Part shown: positions 1 through 11,143 of the stretch, piece after piece
How positions within the stretch are numbered: the first letter of the stretch is position 1
Layout: the number at the start of each line of letters is the position of its first letter
Assembly: GCA_963709405.1 (NCBI GenBank)
Contig: CAVPXM010000073.1
Span: forward strand, 32,001-96,000
From: an uncultured Nitrososphaerales archaeon
Lineage (GTDB): Archaea; Thermoproteota; Nitrososphaeria; Nitrososphaerales; Nitrososphaeraceae
Direction: 5' to 3'
DNA: 64,000 nt
Made by a program: the position numbers and the translations under genes
The notes under the pieces: model-generated
What the model was told of the DNA's origin: nothing
The model's input: the letters and a program-made list of their open reading frames with translations, nothing else
Database searches by the model: none

Positions 1-310
1 AGAAGTTAGAAACAACTCATGGTTTCAGGACCCTATCTTATAGTTTTTTTGCTAATAACAATATGTGTATGGGTCTGGAGTCTACTCGCGGATATAAAAA
101 TTCCACCAGTAGTTACAACAGACTTTCTCTACATAAGGTTCATTGGAGATAGGACTATACAAGAAAAAGCTTTTGGCAAAATACATAAAGATAGAATTTC
201 AGAGTATCAGCAAATAATCATTATGCTGGTTTTGGTCCTGGAACTGCTAGCACATTCAGGAAAATGTTGGACATGTCAGAAGTAACATGGAAGCATGTTA
301 AGGTGCCTCA
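1..310 (+). pseudogene. DUF72-family protein, 3' part (frameshifted, cut by window edge)
   Basis: Across frames reads EVRNNSWFQ...WSLLADIKIPPVVTTDFLYIRFIGDR...ANNHYAGFGPGTA, resembling the DUF72 C-terminal half. Confidence 0.6.
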
Positions 311-799
311 TACAGTAGAAGAATTACATAATAACCCAAAACAAACTACTCTATCAGATTTTTTGAAATGAGATATTATTCATGATAATGATGGACAATT
401 CATATATATTGATCTCAAAAGTAGAACTCATGTTAAAACGTTACCATGAGAGTTAGGTAAAATAAGAGATTACAGACATATGCCTAGAAAAGTAGTGTTT
501 ATAATTAATATCCAATATCGTCGTTGTAACGCCAAAAGGTTCGTTCATACCCATTATATTCACATAAACTTTTCCAATCAAAGCAAATACTCCAAGCCCA
601 ATAACTGCTCGCATTAATAACAAATGGCCCTCTCTATCAATTGAGCAGTTATTTATAACTTACCTACTTAGGTGCTAAATACCAACCAAGTTCTATCATA
701 CTACTGAACTTAAATAATATATTATTTCTATATTACACTTGAGAACAGGAAAAGAAACTAATCATCTGACTAACAAACAGGAACAAGATACTATTCACG

Positions 800-1415
800 T
801 CTAGTTTCTCGTATTATAGATAGTATTGAGACAATAGAAGGTGGAGGCTTTATTGTACATGGGCCATTTCCAACTGATACTCTTTCCGATTTCGACCCAT
901 TTCTTTTATTAGACGAAATGGGTCCTAAAAATTGGAAGCAAGGGGAAGCAAAAGGAGCACCCGACCATCCTCATCGTGGATTTGAAACAATAACATATAT
1001 GATTGAAGGTAAATTTGCTCATAAGGATTCTAGAGGAAATTCAGGCAAACTTGGACCAGGTGATATACAATGGATGACTGCGGGAGCAGGCGTTATTCAT
1101 TCTGAAATGCCAGACGAAGAATTTACTCGAGTAGGCGGAATATTACATGCATTTCAACTATGGGTTAACTTGCCACGACGTGATAAAATGATAAAACCTC
1201 GTTACCAAGATATTTCATCTTCGAAAATTCCTGTAGCACAAACTGAAGATGGTGCTGTGAAAGTTAAAGTTATTGCAGGTGAAGCATTAGGCGCACGTGC
1301 TATGATAGACACACGTACCCCAATCTTTTATCTTCATTTCACTCTACAACCAGGTGCCAAAGTGGTACAAGCAATTCCAAGAGAGTATAACGCTTTTGCA
1401 TACTCTTCAGCATAA
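800..1415 (+). pseudogene. Pirin family protein, C-terminally truncated
   Basis: Frame upstream of 918 gives EGGGFIVHGPFP..DFDPFLLLDEM; motifs DHPHRGFETITY and QWMTAGAGVIHSEMP; ends before the second cupin is complete. Confidence 0.9.
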
Positions 1416-1788
1416 GTGATGAAGAATCAATTAATGGCTGTCTTTCTGCTAGTGTTCCTCGATCTGAGAACTTTGCTCGGTAAAGGAAACGGTACCTAAC
1501 TACGTGTTGGGACTCTATCGATATCCTCACTTACAGACATGCCTTCGTGTTCAGTCACCGGTTTTTAGTGATGCGGTGTCCTTGAAAATTTTAGCATCCA
1601 ATTAGAATCAATGTACTATGAGACCCTGTGGTTATAATTGTTACGGTACAAAGGCAAACAAAGTAACGTTATCCTCACCACTCAATGAGAAAATACATTG
1701 AAAAATATTTGAGGATAAATACTCCTCCTAAACAAATCAGCGTGTAAAGTTATTCCTGATTCAAAAACAAAAATTAGGATAAAGTAAC

Positions 1789-2076
1789 CTAATGCATTGT
1801 CATTACTAGCATAGATGAATACCAATCGGCTGTTAATTTATGGGCCATCGCACTCATTAAATCACCTGATTTTATATTCGAGTGTGCCTGTTCCTGTTCT
1901 TCTTTGATTTTCTGAATGAAATATTCACGTTGACGTATTTGTTTTTGCTTAAATATATCGGCGATTGTTTTTTGAAATTTGCTCAAGTCAGCCGAAATTT
2001 TTTCATTAAGTTTACGGGTTAATTCATCTTGCTGTGCCTGTATTTCACGCATCTCATCATTAGCGATGGAATGCAT
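1789..2076 (-). CDS. Hypothetical coiled-coil protein or fragment
   Basis: 95-aa Q/E/K-rich ORF overlapping the end of the upstream fragment. Confidence 0.4.
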   Translation of the reverse strand: MHSIANDEMREIQAQQDELTRKLNEKISADLSKFQKTIADIFKQKQIRQREYFIQKIKEEQEQAHSNIKSGDLMSAMAHKLTADWYSSMLVMTMH

Positions 2077-3128
2077 TGATCGAGGAAAAGATTCTTAACA
2101 CCTCCTCCTGCGCTGAATTTATTAAATCAAATGCTCGTTTTATAGAATACGAGGGATTTGGAATAATTTCTATAGTAGCTGGTTCAACACCTTCTTCAAT
2201 ATCTCTTATCCTATCTTTAGCCTCAATTCCATTTTTCCATAGTTCTTCAAATATTGTTTTAAAATGACTGACATATGCTGGTTCGCTACTAAGCAATAGA
2301 CTTTGAACATTTTCGCCGCCATCCATCTTTTCTATGGTAGCTGCTTATTTCCTTATCTGAAACTTCAAAGCTCATCGGTGGCAGATTTTTAAGGTATCTT
2401 ATTTCTATGCCTGCATTAAGAAGCGTTTTTACTAAATTCATGTTGTCTTTATTTATGTCACTTAGGTATCTAATGCCTCTGTGCTCGCCTTTCTTTTGTT
2501 TGTCGAATAGCTGTTTCTTTATATCAAAAAAATGATTGTAGCTATATTGCATTCCACCGCCTGTCAAACAAGTACATACTTCAGTCGAGCTGGCAGTTAA
2601 TCGACTGATTTCTTTGATAATCTCTTGAGCATCCTCAATTACCCTAGTTTCATAATGTACTGTTCCCTCTTCTATTTCCTTAATTTTCTTTTCTGCATGT
2701 ATTGATTTGTTCCACAAAGTCTCGAAAATGTTCTGTTGCTGTTCTACAATTTCTCTAATATTTGTATGGATAGCTTGTTGATGCGGCTCACTCATGGTTA
2801 TAAAGCCTAAATACTCCCTTTCGTTGAGTAAGAGGTTAGCTTCAATTTCATTCATATGCCGTACCTCCGCGATTTTCATTAAATCCTTGCAGTATTGGAG
2901 GTTTTGCTGTGTAATTTCAAAGATATATCTTTGAACAGTGTATTTTCTATTATTGATATCCATCATTGCTGTCCTAATCGATTCAAAAGAAAAGATGAAA
3001 GAAGGAAATCTAGAATTACCATAGACATCCATTCTGTGCTCTGCGTTATAGAACATGTCTGATAGCGCATTTATGACTTCAGCACGATGTAATACCTTAA
3101 TCTTCGCGTTCATGATAACGCATCTCAA
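2060..3128 (-). pseudogene. N-terminal TrmB/PLD-like repeat region of a thaumarchaeal sensor-kinase-type protein, frameshifted and truncated
   Basis: Repeated motif FETLWNKSIHAEKKIKEIEEG / FEELWKNGIEAKDRIRDIEEG; frameshift near 2330; no HisKA or HATPase domain follows. Confidence 0.6.
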
Positions 3129-3362
3129 CTGATTGGTAAGCTGAATGCAAATGTTGCACCTCCTTTTCCATCTACATTATTCTCATGCTATATTCTACCT
3201 TCCCTAGTGTCTCAATTTTGACAACTAACGACGACGGCATAGTGTAATCTACACATGCATCAATTATATTATTTGCTTTAGAAGTTTATGCGGGCATCCC
3301 TTGTGCCACGTTCCCATATTGAGACGATTCCATTATTATCTCGTGGATTCGGTCCAGTCATA

Positions 3363-3779
3363 TCATAACACTATATATCGTAATAATCGCTCCTCTACAC
3401 GAGTCAATGCATTAGAAAGTCGTAATAGACCTTTTAGATCCACTGCAATAGGATTTAGAGAACAGGCAACGATGACACTAACAGTATCTGTATGATGTAT
3501 AGTAGTCTTAATGGTAAGGTCGTGAGTTTCTAGCGGTTCAAGAGATATATCTTTACTAACATCATTCGGTTTGAATTCTGGATGATTAGTGGTTATGATA
3601 GTCCAGATATTATCAACCTTGAATCTAAATCGTATATCATGTAAGGCATGTTTGTCTGCTGGTAGGCTATCGATAAATGACAGTGATGACAACGATGACA
3701 CTGAAGAGACCACTGCAAACTCTTGCCTACACACTTTATACCAGAAAGTCAGATACAAGGCGCGCAAAAACCTGATCAC
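3363..3779 (-). pseudogene. Partial paralog of the element-borne putative replication protein
   Basis: HALHDIRFRF...PNDVSKDI...HHTDTVSVIVACS...LRLSNALTRVEERL is colinear with the protein at 5696-3776. Confidence 0.6.
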
Positions 3780-4252
3780 GTGCGTAACTTTTCATGTATA
3801 GCTCCATCTAACCTCACCCCTGGATACTCTTGACGCTCTTTTCTAATTCTAATTCCATTACCTTCCTTCAGATCCTTCGAGTAAATGCGAAGTAATGCAT
3901 GTTCTCCATCCTCCCATGTCATTTCGAATTTCTCGCCAGCATACTCACTTAAAGAATCTGTACCAAAGTGCCACATCGTTACAATCCAAGAGTTGTGGTT
4001 TGGGATATGAATTTGTGGCAATTGCGGTTGGGGTATTGTGTGTGGGCAGCCTGTTACTAATGCTAATAGCCTTTCCTCTACAGATGTCAGCAGATTTGAC
4101 AAGCGGATAAGACCTTCATGATCTACAACTACTGGTTTCATTGAACAGGCTACGATGACACTGACTGTGTCAGAATGGTGTACAACTGTCTTTGCCTCCA
4201 TATTATACATTTGAATAGGCAATAGAGAAACGTCTTTACTTACTTCATTAGG

Positions 4253-5285
4253 TGTTGTACTTACTGACATAGGTGACATTATAGCTTACAGACATGGGTT
4301 ACACTTCTGTCGGGAAGTGAATCCATATAGAAATCAGAATAAGGTTTAATCTAATACACGAAAAAGAATGGACTGGTGATACCATATGTAATATTTGTAA
4401 GAGATATGGTGTATCCAGAAAGACTTACTACAAGTGGAATAATAGATACAAGCAGAAAGGGATAGAAGGCCTATCAGATAACTCCAGAAGGCCTCATAAA
4501 ATCAACTACAGGAAGGTAACACCAGAAGTAGAAGAGACTATACTTGATCTACGATTAACTAAGAGATTTGGATGTAATAGGATCAAGTTTCGACTAAAAA
4601 GAATCATTGGAATCTCATTAAGCACCCGAACTATATACAAGATACTAAAGAGACATTGTCTTAATATCCTCATGTGTAAGGCCAAAGCAAGAACTTACAA
4701 ACGGTTTGTCATGAAGCATCCAAATGATATGGTGCAAGTGGATATCCTTGGCCCTTTCTATCTGAGTAATTCCAGTCAAAGGAATTACATCATTAGTTGC
4801 TTAGATGATTGTTCTAGGAAGGTAGCTAGCAAGTGGTCCGAAAGAAAGAGGTCAGTGGATGTTCTTAATGTATTAGAGGACTGGATAATGATTAATGGTA
4901 AGCCTAAGATGATGATGCATGATAACGGTAAACAGTTTACATCCAGAATATTCAGACATTTCCTTATACATAATCAGATAAAAGATAAGCAAATACCAAA
5001 ATCATATCCGCAGTTACAGGGCAAAGTAGAAGCATATAACAAGATTGTAAAGAATGAATTCATAGCATTAGAAGATATACCAAACATAGATGATGGTAAA
5101 CAAAGATACGACATGTTTGTTAAAGCATATAACGAAACCAGAGAACATGGAGGCATAAATGGTCTTACTCCATCGGAGATGTTCCTACAAAGGTTAATTA
5201 CATCCAGTACACATACGAGAACTAAACAGAAAAGGGTAACCCATGTAGGTAATTAAAAATGTAACCTATCCGTGCAAGTACAACA
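4253..5285 (+). mobile_element. IS481-family insertion sequence (1033 bp)
   Basis: Ends TGTTGTACTT...AAGTACAACA; 6-bp TSD ATTAGG at 4247-4252 and 5286-5291. Confidence 0.95.
4321..5256 (+). CDS. IS481-family transposase (HTH + rve DDE)
   Basis: Frame open from 4321 (ICKRYGVSRKTYYKW HTH) through VQVD, HDNGKQF, GKVEAYN; start codon apparently lost to an indel near 4317. Confidence 0.9.
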   Translation: MHIEIRIRFNLIHEKEWTGDTICNICKRYGVSRKTYYKWNNRYKQKGIEGLSDNSRRPHKINYRKVTPEVEETILDLRLTKRFGCNRIKFRLKRIIGISLSTRTIYKILKRHCLNILMCKAKARTYKRFVMKHPNDMVQVDILGPFYLSNSSQRNYIISCLDDCSRKVASKWSERKRSVDVLNVLEDWIMINGKPKMMMHDNGKQFTSRIFRHFLIHNQIKDKQIPKSYPQLQGKVEAYNKIVKNEFIALEDIPNIDDGKQRYDMFVKAYNETREHGGINGLTPSEMFLQRLITSSTHTRTKQKRVTHVGN

Positions 5286-5788
5286 ATTAGGTATCAGCTC
5301 TGGATGGGTATGACGTATTGTTGACCAAATTCCTACTGTGTTAAATCTAAGGCGTATGTCGTGTACCGAGTGTCTTTCAGATGGCAAGGTATCGATAAAT
5401 GACACAGATGACAGTTGGGGGACCACCGTACGGTTATCTGTCATTCCAAGCCTAGGTTTAGCAAAGTTAAATCCATTAAGACTGTAAAATGCAGGACCAG
5501 AATAGTATTCTAGTTGCGCGTAACCGTTTCTTACATATTGCGAAATCTTGTTCCTAAACGTTCCGTGTGTCATACTATATTTCTTGCCATCTACTTCAAA
5601 GTCTAAAAAATCGTGATAGCAAAACGGTTTTTTCTCGACTCGTACTATCCTTTGCATATGTACCTTCATTGCATAATCTAACTTTGCCTTAGGCATCCCT
5701 TCATCAACCCAGATTGCTGAATACCAGTACGTGTCATTGTCATTGTTAATTTGTAGATTCTAGTCCGACAGCACCTACTATTTGAATT

Positions 5789-6583
5789 TCAGCTAGCTCT
5801 CTTTTTAGCAAGATCAACCTTTGCAGTGAATATGACTTCAGCGACCATCTTATTCTTACTATAGGACAAACTCATATGCCGACGTAGATATTCGAATGAA
5901 ACTTGAAACTCGACATCAAAGGATTTCTCCTCTTGATTATGAGGTAGGCGCGCTTCTTGCTCAGATTCCAGCTCTTTGATCCGTATGTATAACACCGAAT
6001 TATCGAGCTCAAGTTTTTCAATTTTGGTTTCGAGTTCGACTACTTTGGCTTGACTTGAAAATTGCTGGTCTGCACTGGTAAATGAAGTAGATTTTTTTAT
6101 TACATCTTCTAGTTCCTTGCGTACAGGACATGCATCTATGCACAGATTTTCTAGATTTGGAGACCCTTCACAATTTACAACATTATTTGGATTGGCATCT
6201 GAAGTTCCAGCTGGTTCAATTTCCGAATTTCCGTATGTGTCAACTAGCACTCGTGGGGTAGCCTTCTGATCTTCTCGAGAGATCGACAAATTTTCGTTCT
6301 TTTCCTTTTTAGGCCTGGTCTTTTTCTTCCATTCATCTCGACAATATAGTTCTATAACTCGAGTCGTAATGAGTCCTTGCGCTATTTCCTCTCGTAATGT
6401 CCCTTTAATTTCTCTACAGATACTATCGGGCTTTGAAACTATACGCTCGAATGCTTCACCTAATGTTATGATCAGTTGCTCATACTTAATCAGGAAATTT
6501 TTGAATTCTTGTTTGACATTTGCGATTATAGAATCTATATCTGAATTGTTGTGGTCAATGCTGCTTTGTTCATTGGAACTCAA
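5789..6583 (-). CDS. Hypothetical mobile-element protein with coiled coil
   Basis: 264-aa ORF co-oriented with the putative Rep gene. Confidence 0.6.
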   Translation of the reverse strand: MSSNEQSSIDHNNSDIDSIIANVKQEFKNFLIKYEQLIITLGEAFERIVSKPDSICREIKGTLREEIAQGLITTRVIELYCRDEWKKKTRPKKEKNENLSISREDQKATPRVLVDTYGNSEIEPAGTSDANPNNVVNCEGSPNLENLCIDACPVRKELEDVIKKSTSFTSADQQFSSQAKVVELETKIEKLELDNSVLYIRIKELESEQEARLPHNQEEKSFDVEFQVSFEYLRRHMSLSYSKNKMVAEVIFTAKVDLAKKRAS

Positions 6584-6815
6584 TCTTCATACCTCTTGTC
6601 AATTTTGATTTGGCAGCTGCCTTCATCGATGGATTAAATTGCGCCGTTTCGAATTCTAAAGTATCATCTTCATGTGACCTGTCCCAGTACGAATATTGAT
6701 CGTTGAACTCTGCTAAGGCTAGTTTTAGTTCTGCAGTCCCTTTCTGGCTTCGACTGCAATTGATGCAGTTTGATCCCGCGGTTTCAAGTGACTTGTTATT
6801 ACCTACGACTATCAC
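6570..6815 (-). CDS. Small hypothetical protein (CxxC)
   Basis: 81-aa ORF with CINC, overlapping the next gene. Confidence 0.35.
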   Translation of the reverse strand: MIVVGNNKSLETAGSNCINCSRSQKGTAELKLALAEFNDQYSYWDRSHEDDTLEFETAQFNPSMKAAAKSKLTRGMKIEFQ

Positions 6816-6971
6816 GTTTGCTCGACCTCATGAAACTTAGGTACACAATTACTACAAAGCAATAGAGTAATAATTCCCAGGCTGCCAACTTTTATCGGAA
6901 TGTTATTAGTAGCTTTTTCAAAGCGACCAGTTGCTTCACATATAAGGTTATTAGCATCCGCGTCGGTGTAA

Positions 6972-7193
6972 TTATCGTCCATGGTTTAATCCACCTATGG
7001 TCGTGGGTTTGCTTGATTGGAGGGTCTCAATTCTACGATCAAGCGAACCAGTATCCTTTTTTGCTTCAAACGTGTACTGCTTTTCAAGTATTCTTAACAA
7101 ATACCTGCTGCGTGATATATCTCCGCGTTCTGAATCAATTTGCCGCATCAGTTCAATAGGTAGTGATAGACCGGTTGGAATTACCTTTTTCAA
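6972..7193 (-). CDS. Ribbon-helix-helix (CopG-like) regulator
   Basis: TGLSLPIELMRQIDSERGDISRSRYLLRILE fits the RHH pattern. Confidence 0.75.
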   Translation of the reverse strand: MKKVIPTGLSLPIELMRQIDSERGDISRSRYLLRILEKQYTFEAKKDTGSLDRRIETLQSSKPTTIGGLNHGR

Positions 7194-7243
7194 TACTGTA
7201 ATCTTGTAATACCAATAAATATCGTTTCACGGTAGTACTACCA

Positions 7244-8393
7244 TTGCAATCTAAATATAGAATAGACATCTTCAATACAATAGCAGAGAGTTTACTACAA
7301 TCAGAAACTGATCTTACTTACTCTGCATTATACCAGAGGGTTTTAGCCAACATAGATTGCACCTTGTCCCACAGAGATTTTGTGAGCTGTTTACAAGCTA
7401 TGGTGAATGAACATATAGTAAACAAGGTCGATAAGACTGGCAAGAGAGGTTCAAAAATATATTACTTCCTAAGCGAGAATGCAAGAAGCCAGCACCAATT
7501 ACGAATACTCAAAGTCGATAAGGATTATGAGACTAAGAGAAGTATATATCAAATATTACTTTATTTTCACAGCTTTAAGAGAGGTGAATTACTTACGCAA
7601 AGACAATTGAATAAAAAACTATTTGAATTTGGACTGAGATTTGAAGATTTGCAACAAGTAAACTATGAGCAAGACAAGGTAACCGCTCTAACTGGCAACA
7701 CAAAGTATACAGAAGTTAATGCTTTTACAGAATCCTATTGGGAATATTGCCGTCGTAGAGTATAAGGATAATGAAAATAGTCGCTTTGCAGAGAACAATA
7801 TTGTATATTATCTCTATATACCTGGATTTACTCTAATGGAATTTATAATATATATAAAAAAACTAAGAAGGTTGAGAGAACCACGTCCATTTTCACATTA
7901 TCCACCCCTTGTTCCATATGTCTTTTACAGGAATTTTACTGACACAGAAATAAAAGAAGCCATTGAATTATTTCATAAGGCAAGTTTGATTAAGATTATC
8001 CCTCCAGTCATTGCAGGAGAAACACGGTACTACCTTTCCGATGATTCGTTGATAGGTCTTATAACAATCATAAGACAAATTCAAGAAATAATGGTTTACA
8101 AGGTCATTACCAAACTTACATACATTGAAAAGCCTGATGATAACGACAGACAAATTCTCGGATACTACTTTGGGAAGAAAGCCGCTGATTTTACTATTGC
8201 CAAAGCACATGAAGTTAGAAAAGACTTAAAGAAACCCGATGCGAAGATCGAAAGTAAAAAAATAATGCAGGAATATGATAACAACATAGATAGTCTAATA
8301 AGTAGCCTAGATGAGATTTATGGAAGCAAATTCAAGTCAAGTGAGCTATTGATCGATCTAATTGTTGGTTTTCCAAAGATTGATCGGAATTAG
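7244..8393 (+). CDS. Winged-helix protein divergent from the RHH gene (one frameshift near 7730)
   Basis: N-terminal wHTH-like segment (YSALYQRV...LQAMVNEHIVNKVDKTGKRGSKIYYFLS); two overlapping ORFs. Confidence 0.55.
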
Positions 8394-8484
8394 AATAACT
8401 TATGGAATATAGCACGTCATTTATTGTTTTTAAGTAGATCTTCTTATTTATCATTTCATTTCACATTACTCTTAGATGAGATCA

Positions 8485-9261
8485 CTAATTGACATTTTTC
8501 TTTGCTAATGCCTCTGGTTTAACGTGTGCCAGCTTAGGATTATGTTGTATCATTGACATAATCTGATTAAATCGCTGATTAGTCTCATCGCGGATAGTCT
8601 GTATATCATGTTCATATTTTTGCTTCATGGCTTGCATTTCTAGATCCTTTTCAGATAATTTTGCCTCAATGCTCTTACCTCTAGCTTCCAGTGCAGTATA
8701 ATCTAAAAATGTAAGATACTTCATACACTTTGTGAGATATATCTCTCTTCTTTCAGACTCTTTTTTAGTATAATAGACGCTGCCATTATGACCCAAGAAC
8801 CATTCACTATAGTCTCCTCCAACTTCATCAGAAATCACTGTTTTAACAAAGCGTCTTAGCGAATGTAGTGTGATCTTCCTTCGTCTCATTCCTTCTTTCC
8901 TGTCGTCTAAACCAGCAACCTTTAGTACTTTAGTAAATTCTGTTTCTAACTTTATGTACAGAGTCTCGGGCTTTGATTCTACGTTAAATGTATTGAATAT
9001 CAGATCATCGGGATTTAAGCCTCTCTCACGATATTTCCAATCTAGCCATTGCTTAAGATATCGAGTTGTTTCATCTGAAATGTAAATATCTCGTGCAACT
9101 CTTGTTTTAGTATAGTCTGCGCGAATACGTATCATAGTGGGGTTGACCTTAAAATTGATATCCTTTATTCTTATTGCACATCCTTCAACCGCGCGCAGTC
9201 CTCCGGAGGTGAACAAGACCGGTCTGGTAATTCTTTCGAGTCCTTGTGCTATTGTTACCAA
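8485..9261 (-). pseudogene. Tyrosine recombinase/integrase, catalytic C-terminal part only
   Basis: SGGLRAVE, TK, TLHSLRRF, FLGH...YY motifs; N-terminal core-binding domain absent. Confidence 0.85.
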
Positions 9262-9622
9262 TACTATCTAAAAACGCTCTTGGTCTTGGATAATCGTCAA
9301 TCTGCATGCGTATCGACTTTAGCAATAAAGCCTTTATGCTTAATTCCAAATATAAACTATTTTAGTTTATATTTAGTATAAAATATTTCTCAAAGGTTAA
9401 GGGTTGTATTGATTCTCTTAATTGTCTGAATCATAAATCGAATAAGATGAAAGTCTGAATATACAGAAAGATATAAAAATGCATTGAAGTGTACAAAGTC
9501 AAATCATAAACCTTGTATCAGTATCACAGTATCGATATAGGTTATCAATATGTTTCTCTCCTATCTCTAAGTATTTCAAATTCACTTCTACAGCATCTCA
9601 CTCGATCCAAACTTTCTAACGT

Positions 9623-10408
9623 TTACATAGAATTGAGAAATTTATCAATCCTATTTTGTAAATCCATATTAATTTCAGTGATAGATCTATTTCCATTAAT
9701 AGGAATTAGGCCATATTGTTTTCGCATCCTTAGGAATTCCTTAGCTATCATGCCTTGATACCTCAAAAAGGAATCCAACATATCTTCAGATAGACCAAGG
9801 TCGGCGCCTGATTCATAGTAATCCAAGGACAAATTCTTTTGAAATACTCTATGCATTAGTTCATTTGGATGTACATCAAGATAGAATACCAAGTCTGGCC
9901 TAACTGCAAATCCAAACAAATTGTGGGACCATCTTCTGTTTATCCCTCGTACAGCATCTCTCGCCATAAGTGTAAATATGTATCTGTCCGCAAGCACTAT
10001 ATAACCGGAGCGCAATGCAGGTACAATTTTATTTTCAAGTTGATCTGCAACATCTGCAGCGTAAAATAAACTTAATGTCCTTTTTCCCAGAACGAAATTC
10101 CTTTTTGCTTCAAGTATTCCAGCTCCGATGAGCTCTGATCGCCTGAGACCAGTATTTAACACCGCATGACCGTCTGCTTCCAATTTAGATGTAATCATCG
10201 TGATCTGCGTACTTCGTCCTGAGGAGTCAGGCCCTTCGATAACAACCAGGCGGCCTTTCGTTTCTTTATCCTCTAAATACGATATACCTTCTCCATAATA
10301 GGTTAATTGCTTGGGACCTATAGATTTTAAATGAGTAGAATTAATGATGATATGTCTTGTCTTCTGGGGCAAATGTTGTTCCTGCCTTCTCTTGGTTTGT
10401 CTACTCAA
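9623..10408 (-). CDS. Thymidylate-kinase-fold protein with degenerate P-loop (putative polyphosphate kinase subunit)
   Basis: VIEGPDSSGRSTQ, LADRY, PDLVFYLD; third gene of the ppx operon. Confidence 0.85.
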   Translation of the reverse strand: MSRQTKRRQEQHLPQKTRHIIINSTHLKSIGPKQLTYYGEGISYLEDKETKGRLVVIEGPDSSGRSTQITMITSKLEADGHAVLNTGLRRSELIGAGILEAKRNFVLGKRTLSLFYAADVADQLENKIVPALRSGYIVLADRYIFTLMARDAVRGINRRWSHNLFGFAVRPDLVFYLDVHPNELMHRVFQKNLSLDYYESGADLGLSEDMLDSFLRYQGMIAKEFLRMRKQYGLIPINGNRSITEINMDLQNRIDKFLNSM

Positions 10409-10409
10409 T

Positions 10410-11141
10410 TCAAGTATTCATCCCTATATTTTTTTGCCCTAATTCTTTCAGTTGAACATGATTAAAGTGATTTCGATGAATTGTGGCCTTTAATTGATTT
10501 CGTACTATTTGTTGTTGTTCTTCTATTCCGGAAGTACCATCTATGATAATAAATCCTTCGCTTTCAATCATGGATTCGTACTGATCAATAATTCTACTTT
10601 GGAAAATCCTATAACTTTCATACGGATCGTTACTTAAATTCATATCCATTCCTGCTTCATAATATTTGAGTTTAGGTCTACCTGTCAATATCCTTTCAAT
10701 TGCAATATCTATAGGTACTCTAAAGTAAAAAGTCAAGTCAGGTTTTCTTGCATAGTCATAAACTTGTCGTATCCACTTAGAGCTACATCCCCTTACAATA
10801 TCTCTCGCATATGCAGTATACACATATCGATCTGCTAAGACAATGTAACCTGCGCGAAGTAGTGGAAAAATATTTCGTTCGTATCTATCAGCAAAATCAG
10901 TTGCATGTAATAGACTAAAAGTTGTTGGCGTCAGTTTACCTTTCTTTTTCCCCTTCGATGTGATTTCTTTGACCATTTCAGAAGAATTCCATTCAGTCAT
11001 AAATACTGGGAGACCTTCAAATCTTAGCCATTTTTCAAGTAAATGAATCTGAGTAGACTTACCAGAACCGTCAATACCTTCAACTACGATAAGCTTACCT
11101 TTAACTTCGAATTTGTTTTGCAATAGCGAATATTTTTTCAT
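10410..11141 (-). CDS. Thymidylate-kinase-fold protein with canonical P-loop (putative polyphosphate kinase subunit)
   Basis: VVEGIDGSGKSTQ, LADRY, KPDLTFY. Confidence 0.85.
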   Translation of the reverse strand: MKKYSLLQNKFEVKGKLIVVEGIDGSGKSTQIHLLEKWLRFEGLPVFMTEWNSSEMVKEITSKGKKKGKLTPTTFSLLHATDFADRYERNIFPLLRAGYIVLADRYVYTAYARDIVRGCSSKWIRQVYDYARKPDLTFYFRVPIDIAIERILTGRPKLKYYEAGMDMNLSNDPYESYRIFQSRIIDQYESMIESEGFIIIDGTSGIEEQQQIVRNQLKATIHRNHFNHVQLKELGQKNIGMNT

Positions 11142-11143
11142 AT

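Larger units (their letters stand above)
3776..5696 (-). pseudogene. Putative replication-initiator-like protein interrupted by IS481
   Basis: Removing 4253-5285 plus one TSD copy joins ...HPELIPN|EVSKDVSLL... in frame, matching the paralog's EFKPNDVSKDI; function is inferred. Confidence 0.65.

Noticed and set aside
1528-1542. CTTACAGACATG matching an IS481 sub-terminal repeat
   Set aside because: Isolated 12-mer with no terminal TGT or other IS sequence.
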